Shown piece after piece: positions 1 to 11,581 of a DNA stretch of 64,000 nt (positions are counted from its first letter, which is position 1; each line of letters opens with the position of its first letter). The DNA is taken from contig CAYZJI010000003.1 in assembly GCA_964479045.1 (NCBI GenBank), forward strand, positions 95,483-159,482. Reading direction: 5' to 3'. Position numbers and translations under genes: made by a program. Under the pieces are notes generated by a model. The model saw nothing but the letters and a program-made list of their open reading frames with translations. It searched no databases and was not told the origin of the DNA. The stretch comes from an uncultured Enterobacteriaceae bacterium (GTDB lineage: Bacteria; Pseudomonadota; Gammaproteobacteria; Eutrophobiales; Eutrophobiaceae).

Positions 1-1
1 A

Positions 2-82
2 GGTCAGCAGGTTGGGCTTGCTTTATTGTTTGGCCTGATGCTACTGGTTTTCTACAACGACATCATGCGGCTGTTGGGATGA
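2..82 (+). CDS. rseP: RIP metalloprotease RseP, 3' end (5' part lies outside the window)
   Basis: Open frame from the window edge reads ...GLALLFGLMLLVFYNDIMRLLG*, resembling the hydrophobic RseP C-terminus. It sits directly upstream of bamA, as in other gammaproteobacteria. Confidence 0.5.
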   Translation, partial: GQQVGLALLFGLMLLVFYNDIMRLLG

Positions 83-109
83 GCCAATAAAAATATAAAT
101 AACAATAAT

Positions 110-2416
110 ATGCAGAATATTTTTAAAAAAGCAGTTTATATTTTTATCATGTTTCTGCTGCACTTAGGTGCTGTGCATGCCGCCGAAGAGTTTGTTATTG
201 AGGATATCCGGGTCGAAGGATTGCAACGCATTACCCCCGGTACAGTTTTTAACTACCTGCCCATGAAAGTGGGTGACACCTTTGATGATGCCCGATCCGC
301 CGAGGCCATCCGGGCCCTGTTCAAGACCGGTTTTTTCGATGATGTGCGACTGGAACGCGACGGGGGCATACTGGTATTTATCATCAAGGAACGGCCGGCC
401 ATCGGCACGATCACCCTGAATGGTAACAAGGAAATCAAGTCTGATGCATTGATCGATAGTTTGCGCCAGATTGGTTTTGCCGAGGGGCGTATTTTCAACC
501 AGTCACAACTGGACCGTCTGGAGCAGGAACTGCGGCGGCAGTATTTTTCACTCGGCAAATACGCGGTTGAAATCGAATCCACCGTAGACCCGCTGGATGA
601 CAACCGTGTAGCTGTGACGATCGATGTTTCCGAGGGGATCACCGCCAGGATCCGGCAGATCAATATTGTCGGCAATGATTCCTTTGATGAGGATGATTTG
701 CTGGATGAATTCGAACTTACCACGCCTACCATGTGGTCTTTTTTCACCAAGACCGATCAGTATTCCAAGGAAAAACTCGGTGCCGATCTGGAGGCGCTCA
801 GGTCATATTATCTTGATCACGGTTATATCAACTTCAACGTGGAATCAACCCAGGTTTCCATCACCCCGGACAAGAAAGATATTTATATCACCATCAATGT
901 GGTTGAAGGTGAACCGCATACAATATCAAGTGTGAAACTTGCGGGTGAATTTATTGTCCCGCAGGAAGATCTGTTCAAGGTGGTGGATGTCCGGCAGGGT
1001 GAAATGTTTTCACGCAAACGCCTGACCGGCACTACTGACGCGATTACCGATCTGCTGGGTAATGAAGGCTATGCTTTTGCAAACGTGAATGCAATTCCTG
1101 ATATCGACCGCGAAAACAAGACCGTTGCACTCACATTTTTTATTGACCCCGGCAAGCGTGCTTATGTACGCCGCATCAATTTCAGCGGGAACACCCGGAC
1201 CCGGGATGAAGTGCTACGCCGTGAAATGCGCCAACCCGAGGGAGGCTGGATTTCGACCCAGAAAGTGGAACGTGGAAAGGTGCGCCTGCAGCGGCTTGGA
1301 TACTTTACCGAGGTGAATGTTGAGACGCCCGCTGTGGCTGGCACTACCGATCAGGTGGATGTCAATTACAGCGTTACGGAAATGCAGTCTGGCCGGTTTC
1401 TGGCCGGCGTCGGTTTCTCCCAGAGTGCAGGTATTATCTTCCAGACCAGCCTCTCCCAGGACAACTTTCTTGGTAGCGGTAAGCGTGTTTCACTGGAATT
1501 CAATAATAGCGATGTCAACCGGCGTTTTGGCCTTGGATATACCAATCCTTACTGGACAGTGGATGGTGTGAGTCGTGGATTCAGCGGGTTCTACCGGGAA
1601 ACGGACGCGTTTGATGCCAACGTGACAGCGTTTGACTCTACCGTTTTCGGAGGCGGGGTCAATTTCGGTATTCCATTGACCGAATTCAATTCTCTGCAAA
1701 GCTCAATGCACTATGAAAACACCCAGATCGAGAGAACGTTCCGTGTTTCCAAAGAAGTGCGCGACTTTCTTCGTGAAAATGACGATCAATACGATATCAT
1801 GAGGTTCTCCAATCGTTTTACCTACGACACCCGTAACAAGGCTATTTTCCCGGATGAAGGCCTGTTGCATGCGATTGAAGCAGAGGTTGGTATACCGTTT
1901 GTCGGGAATTCACTGGAGTTCTACAAGATCGATTACAAAACACAGTGGTTTACCAATTTCCTTGAAGATTATATTGTGACTCTGAAGGGTAATGTAGGTT
2001 ATGGCGATGCCTACTCCGATACGACCGAGTACCCGTTTTTTGAAAACTTTTATGCTGGTGGTCCTCGCTCGGTGCGTGGTTATGAAGACAATACCCTTGG
2101 GGTGCTCGATTCAAGAGGCAGACCGCTGGGCGGAAATGTCAAGCTTACGGCTGGAGCGGAAATATTTTTGCCCATCCCGTTCTTCAAGGACATCAAGTCT
2201 GTGCGGATTTCGGGATTTTTTGATGCTGGCAATGTCTATAACACCAGTGTCAAGGACGAGGACATTGATTTGGGACTGTTGCGTTATTCTGCCGGTATAA
2301 GTGGCGTTTGGGTGTCGCCTTTTGGTATAGTGTCCGTCAGCGTGGCCGCCCCGTTTGGTGACGAAGACACGGATCAGCTACAACCGTTCCAGTTTACATT
2401 TGGTTCATCTTTCTAG
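110..2416 (+). CDS. bamA: Outer membrane protein assembly factor BamA (Omp85)
   Basis: 768 aa with a signal peptide, POTRA-like N-terminus and a C-terminal beta-barrel ending in aromatic residues. Conserved rseP-bamA-skp-lpxD synteny. Confidence 0.95.
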   Translation: MQNIFKKAVYIFIMFLLHLGAVHAAEEFVIEDIRVEGLQRITPGTVFNYLPMKVGDTFDDARSAEAIRALFKTGFFDDVRLERDGGILVFIIKERPAIGTITLNGNKEIKSDALIDSLRQIGFAEGRIFNQSQLDRLEQELRRQYFSLGKYAVEIESTVDPLDDNRVAVTIDVSEGITARIRQINIVGNDSFDEDDLLDEFELTTPTMWSFFTKTDQYSKEKLGADLEALRSYYLDHGYINFNVESTQVSITPDKKDIYITINVVEGEPHTISSVKLAGEFIVPQEDLFKVVDVRQGEMFSRKRLTGTTDAITDLLGNEGYAFANVNAIPDIDRENKTVALTFFIDPGKRAYVRRINFSGNTRTRDEVLRREMRQPEGGWISTQKVERGKVRLQRLGYFTEVNVETPAVAGTTDQVDVNYSVTEMQSGRFLAGVGFSQSAGIIFQTSLSQDNFLGSGKRVSLEFNNSDVNRRFGLGYTNPYWTVDGVSRGFSGFYRETDAFDANVTAFDSTVFGGGVNFGIPLTEFNSLQSSMHYENTQIERTFRVSKEVRDFLRENDDQYDIMRFSNRFTYDTRNKAIFPDEGLLHAIEAEVGIPFVGNSLEFYKIDYKTQWFTNFLEDYIVTLKGNVGYGDAYSDTTEYPFFENFYAGGPRSVRGYEDNTLGVLDSRGRPLGGNVKLTAGAEIFLPIPFFKDIKSVRISGFFDAGNVYNTSVKDEDIDLGLLRYSAGISGVWVSPFGIVSVSVAAPFGDEDTDQLQPFQFTFGSSF

Positions 2417-2442
2417 TTTGTTACGGAGTCTATACAAATCAT

Positions 2443-2949
2443 ATGAATAAGGTTTTACATTTACTGATGTTTTTTATGCTGGCGCTCTCTGTCCAGACAG
2501 TTACTGCTGAAGAATACAAACTTGGTGCTGTCAACGCCCTACGGGTACTGGAACAATCTCCGCAAGCTGATAATGCCAGAAAGATTATTGAGCAGGAGTT
2601 TGCGCCCCGTGACAAGCAACTTGTGGCCAAACAAAAAGACCTCAAAGCCATGGAAGATCGGCTTAGCAAGGATGGCGCCATCATGAGCGAGGGAGAGCGT
2701 GCCAACCTCGAGCGTGACATTATTAACAAACGCCGGGACCTGAAACGCGAGCAGGATGAGTTCCGCGAAGATTTCAATTTTCGCCGCAACGAAGAGTTTG
2801 CAAAAATCCAGAAAGATATCGTAGAAGCCATACAGGCTGTTGCCAAGGACAATGGCTATGATGTCGTGCTGAGTGATGGTGTGATTTACGCCAGCCCCAA
2901 GGTTGACATCAGTGAACTGGTTATTGAACACCTGAAAAAGGGCCAGTAA
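2443..2949 (+). CDS. skp: Periplasmic chaperone Skp (OmpH)
   Basis: 168 aa with a signal peptide and coiled-coil-rich sequence. Located between bamA and lpxD. Confidence 0.85.
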   Translation: MNKVLHLLMFFMLALSVQTVTAEEYKLGAVNALRVLEQSPQADNARKIIEQEFAPRDKQLVAKQKDLKAMEDRLSKDGAIMSEGERANLERDIINKRRDLKREQDEFREDFNFRRNEEFAKIQKDIVEAIQAVAKDNGYDVVLSDGVIYASPKVDISELVIEHLKKGQ

Positions 2950-3016
2950 TTTTCACAACGCAAATCAAGCTGCAGAACAGTATCACCGAGAGCCAAGCTA
3001 TCGATCTACCACCGCC

Positions 3017-4027
3017 ATGAAATACACGCTCGGAGAAATCGCCACGCACATACATGCGGAGTTACATGGCGATTCCGGGTGTGAAATTCATGCTGTCGGG
3101 ACACTTGAAAATGCCGGTCCCGGTGTTATCAGTTTTCTTTCGAATCGACGTTATCTTTCTCTCCTCAGGAATACCCGCGCAGCAGCAGTGATCCTGAATG
3201 CCACGGATCGTGAGCAGTGTCCTGTACCGACTCTCACTATGGATAATCCCTATCTTGGTTTTGCCCGGGTGGCCAGACTGCTGAATCCTGATCCGGCCCC
3301 GGAACCGGGAATCAGCCCGCGCGCCGAAGTTCATTCTTCTGCAGTGGTGGCTCCTTCTGCCAGCATCGGCCCGCATGTGACCGTGTGTGCGGGGGCTGTA
3401 ATTGCTGAACGTGTCTCGATTGCTGCGGGGTGTTATATCGGCGAGCACAGCAGAATCGGCGCGGACAGCCGGCTCTACCCGAATGTAAGCCTGTATCATA
3501 ATGTGACGCTCGGTGCGCGTGCCGTGCTGCATTCCGGCGTGGTCATCGGTGCGGACGGATTTGGTATTGCCAATGATCAGGGCGTCTGGATAAAAATTCC
3601 GCAGGTGGGTGGTGTGGAAATCGGTGATGATGTTGAAGTCGGCGCCAATACCACCATTGATAGGGGCGCTCTGGAAAACACACTCGTCGAAGATGGTGTC
3701 AAGATAGACAATCAGGTACAAATCGGACATAACGTTCGTATTGGCGCCCATACAGCGATTGCCGGTTGCGTGGCAATCGCGGGTAGCACCCGGATTGGCA
3801 AACGCTGTATCATAGGCGGTGCGTGTGGAATCAGTGGTCATATCGAGATTGTGGATGATGTAGTCCTGCTAGGCATGACCGGTGTGGCAAACTCCATCAG
3901 GGAACCGGGTACCTATGCTTCAGGCATTCCGGCAATGGAAGTGCATACCTGGCGCAAGAATGCCGTCAGTTTCAAGCAGCTGCATCTCCTGAATGCGCGC
4001 ATCAGAAAAATTGACAACCAGGAATAA
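3017..4027 (+). CDS. lpxD: UDP-3-O-acylglucosamine N-acyltransferase LpxD
   Basis: Left-handed beta-helix hexapeptide repeats and an LpxD-like N-terminus. Synteny supports the call. Confidence 0.9.
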   Translation: MKYTLGEIATHIHAELHGDSGCEIHAVGTLENAGPGVISFLSNRRYLSLLRNTRAAAVILNATDREQCPVPTLTMDNPYLGFARVARLLNPDPAPEPGISPRAEVHSSAVVAPSASIGPHVTVCAGAVIAERVSIAAGCYIGEHSRIGADSRLYPNVSLYHNVTLGARAVLHSGVVIGADGFGIANDQGVWIKIPQVGGVEIGDDVEVGANTTIDRGALENTLVEDGVKIDNQVQIGHNVRIGAHTAIAGCVAIAGSTRIGKRCIIGGACGISGHIEIVDDVVLLGMTGVANSIREPGTYASGIPAMEVHTWRKNAVSFKQLHLLNARIRKIDNQE

Positions 4028-4048
4028 CCGGATCAGACGATTGAAATC

Positions 4049-4498
4049 ATGGGCACGCTTGATATAGAGCAAATCAAAAAATTTCTTCCACACCGGTATC
4101 CCTTTTTGCTTATCGATCGGGTAACTGCCTATGAACCCTATAAGTCGATCACGGCCATCAAGAACGTCACGGTAAATGAGCCTTTTTTTCAGGGGCATTT
4201 CCCGTCACGTCCGATTATGCCGGGTGTTTTGATTATCGAAGCAATGGCACAAACAGCAGCACTGCTGGGTTGCGTCTCAACGCCTGAAGTCACCCGTGAT
4301 GGAAATCTGTATTATCTGGTGGGTGTCAATGAAGTGCGTTTCAAGCGTCCGGTGGGCCCGGGTGATCAATTGTGTTTTGAAGTCAAATTTGAAAAAGTCC
4401 GGCAGAATCTCTGGAAGTTTCATGGCACGGCAACTGTAGATGGGCAATTTATAGCCTCTGCAGAGTTATTAACCACCGTTGTGGAACCTGATACTTGA
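4049..4498 (+). CDS. fabZ: 3-hydroxyacyl-ACP dehydratase FabZ
   Basis: 149 aa hotdog-fold protein with the FabZ motif HFP and [14 protein letters not shown]. Confidence 0.9.
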   Translation: MGTLDIEQIKKFLPHRYPFLLIDRVTAYEPYKSITAIKNVTVNEPFFQGHFPSRPIMPGVLIIEAMAQTAALLGCVSTPEVTRDGNLYYLVGVNEVRFKRPVGPGDQLCFEVKFEKVRQNLWKFHGTATVDGQFIASAELLTTVVEPDT

Positions 4499-5268
4499 TT
4501 CATCCGACGGCACTCATTGATCCTGCAGCCCGGATTGGTGAAAACGTCTCCATCGGGGCTTACAGCATCATCGGCCCGAATGTCTTCATCGGCGCCAATA
4601 CCTCTATAGGCTCACACGTGGTCATCAAGGGCCCGACCCTGATTGGAACTAACAACAGAATCTTCCAGTTCAATTCCATCGGCGAGGACCCCCAGGACAA
4701 AAAATACAATAATGATGCTGCTTCGATCCTCGAGATAGGTGATCGAAATGTCATCCGTGAATATTGCACGATCAATCGCGGTACCGAGCATGGTGGTGGC
4801 AGGACCGTACTGGGAAATGACAACTGGATTATGGCGTATGTGCATATTGCACATGATTGTATTGTTGGCAGCCATACGATTTTTGCCAACAACACGACGC
4901 TGGCAGGCCATGTGATTGTGGATGATTATGTCATTTTTGGCGGATTTACCGGTGTCCACCAGTTCTGTCATGTCGGCCAGCATGCCTTTACTGCCATTTC
5001 TTCTGTTGTGGTGAAAGACGTACCGCCATATTTGATGATTGCAGGCAATACGGCCAAACCCAGCGGCCTTAATCGTGAAGGCCTGAAACGCCGTGGCTTC
5101 AGTGCTGAAACCATCACCCTTTTACGGCGGGCCTACAAGATTGTTTATCGCGAAGGCCTGACGGTAAAACAGGCGCTGGATCGGTTACAGGAACTCGGCC
5201 AGGAATCGGATGAAGTCAGGAGTTTTGCCGGGTTTATTGCTCAATCGCAACGCGGCATCGTACGCTGA
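4495..5268 (+). CDS. lpxA: Acyl-ACP--UDP-GlcNAc O-acyltransferase LpxA
   Basis: Hexapeptide-repeat protein with the LpxA C-terminal helical domain. It appears to start at TTG 4495, overlapping the fabZ stop. Confidence 0.9.
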   Translation: MIHPTALIDPAARIGENVSIGAYSIIGPNVFIGANTSIGSHVVIKGPTLIGTNNRIFQFNSIGEDPQDKKYNNDAASILEIGDRNVIREYCTINRGTEHGGGRTVLGNDNWIMAYVHIAHDCIVGSHTIFANNTTLAGHVIVDDYVIFGGFTGVHQFCHVGQHAFTAISSVVVKDVPPYLMIAGNTAKPSGLNREGLKRRGFSAETITLLRRAYKIVYREGLTVKQALDRLQELGQESDEVRSFAGFIAQSQRGIVR

Positions 5269-5302
5269 CGTTAGCGTGTTTTCTTGAAAGTCATGAATTA
5301 AC

Positions 5303-6439
5303 ATGCCCGTGATCGGTATTGTGGCAGGTGAAGACTCCGGTGATTTACTGGGTGCGGAACTGATTCATGCGCTGAAGAAAGGATCGCCCGAACTCAGGTT
5401 TACAGGGATAGGCGGGAAACAGATGTCTGCTGCCGGTTTTGAGTGCCTGTACCCGTCAGAAAAACTCGCGGTCATGGGGATCGTGGAAGTCATCAGGCAT
5501 TACCCTGAATTACGGCGTATACGTGCCAATGTCAAAAAACATTTCATATCTCAACCGCCTGCACTTTTTATCGGTATTGATGCACCAGATTTCAATATTG
5601 CACTCGAACATGATTTGCGCGCAGCCGGAATCCATACAGTGCATTATGTCAGTCCATCCATCTGGGCCTGGCGTGAATACCGCCTGAAAAAAATAGCGCA
5701 GGCAGTAGACATGATGCTCACGTTGTTTCCGTTTGAATCGTCTTATTATGAGAAGATGGGGATTCCGGTGCAGTGTGTGGGACACCCGTTGGCACGCCGT
5801 ATCCCGCTGAAACCGGATCCGGCTGCTGCAAGGGCACGCCTGAATTTGCCGCAGGACGCAAAAATTATTGCACTCATGCCGGGCAGTCGCGCAAGTGAAT
5901 GGGAAAAACTGGCCGAACCTTTTTTGCAGACAGCACTGTGGTGCAAACAATCCAGACCGGAACTCCGTTTTATCACCAATTTGACCAGCGAAACAGCATG
6001 TGAATATTTTGCGGCCGTATCACGTCGTATCGCGCCGAAACTGGAAATTTCCGTTTTTACAGGGCAGTCACTGGATGTCATGGGGGCTGCGGATGTGGTA
6101 TTGCTGGCATCGGGCACGGCCGCACTGGAAGCCATGTTACTGAAACGGCCCATGGTGGTTGCTTACAGGGTCAACTGGCTGACTTACCAGATTGTCAGGC
6201 GCCTGATCCGCGTGCCGTATGTATCACTTCCCAACCTGCTTGCAGGAGAGGCACTGGTACCCGAGTGCCTGCAGTATGATTGCGAGCCCACGATCATGGG
6301 TCGTGAAATTCTGGCCTGGCTTGATGATCGTGTTCGTACTGCAAAGGTGATGCAGAAGTTCTTGGACATTCATGAAAGCATCTGCCCGGATGCTGACGAA
6401 CTACTGGCCAATACCCTGCTGGACATGATTCATGCATAA
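5303..6439 (+). CDS. lpxB: Lipid-A-disaccharide synthase LpxB
   Basis: 378 aa GT-B fold with an LpxB-like N-terminus ([16 protein letters not shown]). Confidence 0.9.
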   Translation: MPVIGIVAGEDSGDLLGAELIHALKKGSPELRFTGIGGKQMSAAGFECLYPSEKLAVMGIVEVIRHYPELRRIRANVKKHFISQPPALFIGIDAPDFNIALEHDLRAAGIHTVHYVSPSIWAWREYRLKKIAQAVDMMLTLFPFESSYYEKMGIPVQCVGHPLARRIPLKPDPAAARARLNLPQDAKIIALMPGSRASEWEKLAEPFLQTALWCKQSRPELRFITNLTSETACEYFAAVSRRIAPKLEISVFTGQSLDVMGAADVVLLASGTAALEAMLLKRPMVVAYRVNWLTYQIVRRLIRVPYVSLPNLLAGEALVPECLQYDCEPTIMGREILAWLDDRVRTAKVMQKFLDIHESICPDADELLANTLLDMIHA

Positions 6440-7040
6440 CCTCGAATTCATTTTCGCGGCAAATGACAACCTTCTGATTGCCGGAGTAGATGAAGCCGGG
6501 CGTGGGCCACTGGCAGGTCCGGTGATTGCTGCAGCAGTTATCCTCAATCCGGAACAACCTGTGCGCGGATTGGCGGATTCAAAAACCCTCACTGCAAAAC
6601 GTCGTGAGGTTCTTGCCGGTGAAATCATGCAGAAGGCCTGCGCGTATGCTGTAGCACGGGCTGAACCTGAAGAGATCGATGCCATCAATATATTACGTGC
6701 CAGTCTCATGGCCATGCAACGTGCTGTTTGTGCACTCTCAATACGCCCGCAACAGGTGCTGGTGGATGGTAACCATTGCCCGGTGCTGGACATTCCGGTG
6801 CAGGCCATTATCAAAGGTGATGCAACAGTGGAATGTATATCAGCCGCATCCATCATCGCCAAGGTTGTGCGTGATCATGAAATGGAGGAACTGGATCGAC
6901 AGTATCCGGGCTATGGTTTTTCCGTACATAAGGGTTATCCGACACGCGCGCACATCAGCGCGCTTCGTGAGCTTGGAGCTTCACCGGTCCATCGCCGTTC
7001 TTTCGCGCCGGTGAGCCAGGTGCTTGCCGGGCATCAGTAA
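6432..7040 (+). CDS. rnhB: Ribonuclease HII
   Basis: Motif [14 protein letters not shown]. 202 aa. Lies downstream of lpxB. Confidence 0.9.
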   Translation: MHNLEFIFAANDNLLIAGVDEAGRGPLAGPVIAAAVILNPEQPVRGLADSKTLTAKRREVLAGEIMQKACAYAVARAEPEEIDAINILRASLMAMQRAVCALSIRPQQVLVDGNHCPVLDIPVQAIIKGDATVECISAASIIAKVVRDHEMEELDRQYPGYGFSVHKGYPTRAHISALRELGASPVHRRSFAPVSQVLAGHQ

Positions 7041-7044
7041 TGTC

Positions 7045-10000
7045 ATGACGGCCGTTTTTGTACATCTGAATGTGCACACGGAGTATTCACTCTCCGATGG
7101 CATGCTCAGGATCGAGGACATGGTGCAGGCGCTGGCCGGCATGAACATGCCGGCCTGTGCCGTCACGGAGCAATCCAATCTCTTTTCTGCAGTAAAATTT
7201 TATCGTGCGGCCGAACAGCTCGGTATCAAACCGGTGATCGGTGCAGAAGTCAGATTGTTGAATGATGATGTCGCAGGTCCTGCCTCAAGGCTGACACTGC
7301 TGTGCCAGAACGACAACGGTTACCGGAATCTGACACAACTTATTACGTTGAGCTATACGAATGGTCAGGTGCAGGGCCTGCCCCATATTCAGCGGGCATG
7401 GTTGCATGAACATGCGGAAGGTTTGATCGCGCTTTCGGGTGGACGTACTGGAGATGTAGGACAGGCCATACTCTCAGGCAATGAAGATCATGCCAGAGCA
7501 TTATTGAAGACATGGCAATCGGTATTTAAAGACCGGTACTATCTCGAATTACAACGGACGCAACGCCGCGATGAGGAGGCGTGGGTCGTGGCAGCTGTGC
7601 ATCTGGCGGAAGAATTCGGACTGCCGGTGGTGGCCACGCATGATGTCCGCTTTCTCTCGCCGGATGATTATGAGGCACATGAAGCCCGCGTCTGTATCCA
7701 GCATGGTTATACATTAAATGATCCCAGACGGCCGCGTCATTACAGTCCTGAGCAATATCTGTGCAGTGCTGAGGACATGGCTGAACTGTTCCGCGACATA
7801 CCGGAAGCCGTGGAAAATACGCTGGCGATTGCAGCGCGCTGTAATCTTGAACTGAGGCTGGGTGAATATTTCCTGCCGGATTTCCCTGTGCCGGATGATT
7901 ACACCCAGGACCGCTGGCTGCGGCATCAGTCCGAACAGGGATTACAGCAACGGTTTGATTCAGGGTTTCTGCAGAACGTTGACCGTGAAAAATACCGTCA
8001 GCGTCTGGCACTGGAACTTGATGTGATCATCGGCATGGGCTTTGCCGGTTATTTTCTGATCGTGGCGGATTTTATCCGCTGGGCCAAACAGCAGGGGATC
8101 CCGGTGGGCCCTGGGCGCGGTTCCGGCGCCGGGTCGCTGGTGGCCTATGCGCTCGGCATCACCGAGCTTGATCCGATTCATTATGATCTACTGTTTGAAC
8201 GTTTCCTCAATCCTGAACGTGTGTCATTACCGGATTTTGACGTGGACTTCTGCATGGACCGCCGTGATGAGGTCATTGAATATGTTGCGAACCGTTACGG
8301 ACGTGATCATGTTTCACAGATCATCACGTACGGCACCATGGCCGCCAAGGCGGTGGTCAGGGATGTTGGCCGCGTGCTGGGTTATCCTTATGGTTTTGTG
8401 GATCAGATTGCCAAACTGATCCCGTTCGATCTGAATATGACGCTGGAACGCGCGCTGGACGAGGAACCGGTGCTGAAACAGCGTTATCAGGATGAGGAAA
8501 ACGTCAATACCCTTATCAATCTTGCCCTGAAACTGGAAGGGCTGGCGCGCAATGCCGGCCGTCATGCCGGGGGCATCGTTATTGCCCCCAAGGCACTTAC
8601 CTGTTACATGCCGCTTTATTGTGAACAGGGCTCTACTGCAACGGTCAGTCAGTTTGACATGGGCGATGTGGAAGCGGCGGGGCTGGTGAAATTTGATTTT
8701 CTCGGTCTGCGTACGCTCACCATCATCGATCATGCGGTCAAGGACATTAACCGCCTGCACAATCATTCGCCGGAGTCAGCATTGCACATAGAGGCGATTC
8801 CCCTGAATGACCCCAAAACCTATGAGTTGATCCGACGCACCGAGACCACTGCAATTTTCCAGCTGGAATCCGATGGAATGAAGAAACTGATCAAACGTCT
8901 GCAACCCGACAGTTTTGATGAATTGATTGCACTTGTCGCATTGTTCCGTCCAGGGCCATTGCAGTCCGGCATGGTGGATGACTATATCGAACGCAAGCAT
9001 GGACGAGCGAGTGTGCATTATTTCCACCCGCGGCTCGAGCCGATATTACGGCCTACGTATGGCGTGATCCTGTATCAGGAACAGGTGATGCAAATCGCAC
9101 AGACCCTGGCCGGATATACACTGGGTGCGGCTGATTTACTGCGGCGGGCCATGGGTAAAAAGAAGCCTGAAGAAATGGCCCAGCAGCGCGAGATATTCAC
9201 CAGTGGTGCTGTGGCCCAAGGCGTTGATGCAAAACTGGCCACAACTATCTTTGACCTGATGGAAAAGTTTGCCGGTTACGGGTTCAATAAATCCCACTCG
9301 GCTGCTTATGCATTGATTGCCTATCAGACGGCCTGGCTGAAGACCCATTATCCGGCTTCATTTATGGCGGCGGTATTGTCATCCGATATGGACAACACCG
9401 ACAAGGTGGTGATGTTGCTGGATGAACTGGAACGCATGCAGATCAGACTTGAACCACCACATATTAATCAGAGCGAGTATCCGTTTACGGTCGCCGATCA
9501 TCGCACCATACGCTATGGTCTGGGGGCCGTAAAAGGTGTAGGGCAGGCGGCGATAGAAAATATCACAGACGACAGAACTGTTCATGGTAAGTACAAGGAT
9601 TTATTTGATCTGTCCCGCCGGATCGATGCGAGGAGAGTCAATCGCCGGGTGCTGGAAGCCTTGATTCGATCCGGAGCACTGGATGGTCTCGGCCCGAATC
9701 GTAGCAGTTTGATGGCAAGTCTTGCTCCTGCATTACAGTTGGCGGAGCAGAGTCACAAGAATACTGTAACCGGACAGGATGATCTGTTCGGACTGGAACC
9801 GGTGCAGGCCCATGGACAGGGAACAGCTAAATCCGAGTTTGTGCAGGCACCGGACTGGAGTGATGAAGAGCGTTTGCAGGGTGAAAAGGAAACTCTTGGA
9901 TTTTATCTGAAAGGTCATCCCATCATCCGTTATGAACAGGAACTCGAAAAAATCGTGAGCTGTCGCCTGAAATCCTTGCGCACAGGGAATGTGCTCGTCG

Positions 10001-10494
10001 CCGGGTACATACACCGTCTGCGCAGCCGGTCAGGCAATCGCGGCCGCATGGCGGAACTGGTGCTGGATGATCGCACCAGTCGCGCCAATGTCACGGTATA
10101 TTCCGACAAATTCCAGCAATACCGTAATCTGCTGGTAAAGGACCAACTGGTGATCGTCAGGGGCGAAGTGATGGAAGATGACTTTATCAGCTCGGGCTAT
10201 ACGATTGTCGCCCGTGAGATTTATGATATGCAGCAGATCCGCGAGAAATACGCAGGCATCCGTCTGAAACTTTCTGGTACAGTACCACTGTCAGCAACGC
10301 TCGAATCCCTGCAAAAACTGATGGCCAGTAATCGTAACGGCAATTGCCGGGTCATGGTGTCCTACCACAACGGCACTGCTGATTGCCTTTTGCCGGTCAG
10401 TGATAAATGGCGGGTCAATGCCAGCGATGGTTTTCTGGACTCATTGAAAAAACTGCTCGGACAAGATAATGTTGCGCTCGAATATCATCTCTGA
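7045..10494 (+). CDS. dnaE: DNA polymerase III alpha subunit DnaE
   Basis: About 1150 aa with a PHP domain at the start ([12 protein letters not shown]), a Pol III alpha core and an OB fold. Start taken at ATG 7045; the ORF-track start at 7024 is an upstream extension. Confidence 0.95.
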   Translation: MTAVFVHLNVHTEYSLSDGMLRIEDMVQALAGMNMPACAVTEQSNLFSAVKFYRAAEQLGIKPVIGAEVRLLNDDVAGPASRLTLLCQNDNGYRNLTQLITLSYTNGQVQGLPHIQRAWLHEHAEGLIALSGGRTGDVGQAILSGNEDHARALLKTWQSVFKDRYYLELQRTQRRDEEAWVVAAVHLAEEFGLPVVATHDVRFLSPDDYEAHEARVCIQHGYTLNDPRRPRHYSPEQYLCSAEDMAELFRDIPEAVENTLAIAARCNLELRLGEYFLPDFPVPDDYTQDRWLRHQSEQGLQQRFDSGFLQNVDREKYRQRLALELDVIIGMGFAGYFLIVADFIRWAKQQGIPVGPGRGSGAGSLVAYALGITELDPIHYDLLFERFLNPERVSLPDFDVDFCMDRRDEVIEYVANRYGRDHVSQIITYGTMAAKAVVRDVGRVLGYPYGFVDQIAKLIPFDLNMTLERALDEEPVLKQRYQDEENVNTLINLALKLEGLARNAGRHAGGIVIAPKALTCYMPLYCEQGSTATVSQFDMGDVEAAGLVKFDFLGLRTLTIIDHAVKDINRLHNHSPESALHIEAIPLNDPKTYELIRRTETTAIFQLESDGMKKLIKRLQPDSFDELIALVALFRPGPLQSGMVDDYIERKHGRASVHYFHPRLEPILRPTYGVILYQEQVMQIAQTLAGYTLGAADLLRRAMGKKKPEEMAQQREIFTSGAVAQGVDAKLATTIFDLMEKFAGYGFNKSHSAAYALIAYQTAWLKTHYPASFMAAVLSSDMDNTDKVVMLLDELERMQIRLEPPHINQSEYPFTVADHRTIRYGLGAVKGVGQAAIENITDDRTVHGKYKDLFDLSRRIDARRVNRRVLEALIRSGALDGLGPNRSSLMASLAPALQLAEQSHKNTVTGQDDLFGLEPVQAHGQGTAKSEFVQAPDWSDEERLQGEKETLGFYLKGHPIIRYEQELEKIVSCRLKSLRTGNVLVAGYIHRLRSRSGNRGRMAELVLDDRTSRANVTVYSDKFQQYRNLLVKDQLVIVRGEVMEDDFISSGYTIVAREIYDMQQIREKYAGIRLKLSGTVPLSATLESLQKLMASNRNGNCRVMVSYHNGTADCLLPVSDKWRVNASDGFLDSLKKLLGQDNVALEYHL

Positions 10495-10532
10495 GCCTAT
10501 ACCGGACATCCTCCACAATAACTGATTATCCT

Positions 10533-11537
10533 ATGGCCAATAATTCAACAGGTTCCGGAAGAACGCCGGACAACCGGGAACCCGTGGCACATTTTCTGGA
10601 ATTTGAGCAACCTATAGCAGAGCTGGATGCCAAGATCAGGGAACTGCGTTATGTGGGTGATGACAAGGAAATCAACATCAATGATGAAATTACCCGGCTG
10701 CAGAAAAAAAGCCGTGAACTGATCTCGTCAATTTTTTCTTCACTCACAGCCTGGCAAATATCACAGGTGGCGAGACATCCGGGCCGGCCCTATACACTGG
10801 ATTATGTCCAGCGCCTGTTTACCGGTTTTGAAGAACTGCACGGTGACCGGAGTTTCGCGGATGATCCTGCGATCATCACCGGTATTGCCCGCTTCCGGGA
10901 TCGGCCGGTGGCGATTATCGGCCATCAGAAAGGCCGTGATACGAAAGAACGCATTTACCGCAATTACGGCATGCCACGTCCGGAAGGTTATCGCAAGGCC
11001 CTGCGTATCATGCAGCTGGCCGAGCGCTTTTCCATGCCGTTGTTTACTTTTATTGATACACCTGGTGCCTATCCCGGCATTGATGCCGAGGAACGCGGTC
11101 AGAGTGAAGCCATCTCCAGAAACCTGTTAACCATGTCGGGTTTGCGGACCCCGATTATTTCAACCGTGATTGGTGAAGGTGGTTCAGGCGGCGCGCTGGC
11201 CATTGGTGTAGCCGATCGACTGTTGATGCTTCAGTACAGCACCTATTCCGTGATTTCCCCTGAGGGCTGCGCCTCGATTCTCTGGAAAAGTGCAGAGAAA
11301 GCAGAAGAGGCCGCTGAAGTGATGGGCATTACCGCCACGCGCCTTTCGGAACTGGGGCTGGTGGACGAAATTGTCAATGAACCTCTTGGTGGCGCACATC
11401 GGGATTACAATGCAGCAGCAACTTATCTGGAACGTGCGCTGACAGACAAGTTTGAAGAAGTCTGTTCGTCCCCCATGGATGACCTGATGGCGGAACGCCA
11501 GAAAAAAATCCGTCAGTATGGTTTTTTCCAGTCCTGA
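10533..11537 (+). CDS. accA: Acetyl-CoA carboxylase carboxyltransferase alpha subunit
   Basis: Motifs [10 protein letters not shown]-like and [10 protein letters not shown], with strong similarity to AccA along its length. Confidence 0.9.
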   Translation: MANNSTGSGRTPDNREPVAHFLEFEQPIAELDAKIRELRYVGDDKEININDEITRLQKKSRELISSIFSSLTAWQISQVARHPGRPYTLDYVQRLFTGFEELHGDRSFADDPAIITGIARFRDRPVAIIGHQKGRDTKERIYRNYGMPRPEGYRKALRIMQLAERFSMPLFTFIDTPGAYPGIDAEERGQSEAISRNLLTMSGLRTPIISTVIGEGGSGGALAIGVADRLLMLQYSTYSVISPEGCASILWKSAEKAEEAAEVMGITATRLSELGLVDEIVNEPLGGAHRDYNAAATYLERALTDKFEEVCSSPMDDLMAERQKKIRQYGFFQS

Positions 11538-11581
11538 TACTCAATCGTAAACTGTTTGTTACGTGAAATTTTTCTCCACAT

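Noticed and set aside
253-750. Antisense and overlapping ORFs inside long genes (for example 253-750, 3062-3841, 47258-47986, 18771-19445, 25571-25987)
   Set aside because: They overlap well-supported genes on the opposite strand and have low-complexity, Ser/Arg-rich translations typical of antisense frames of GC-rich coding DNA. No independent signals.
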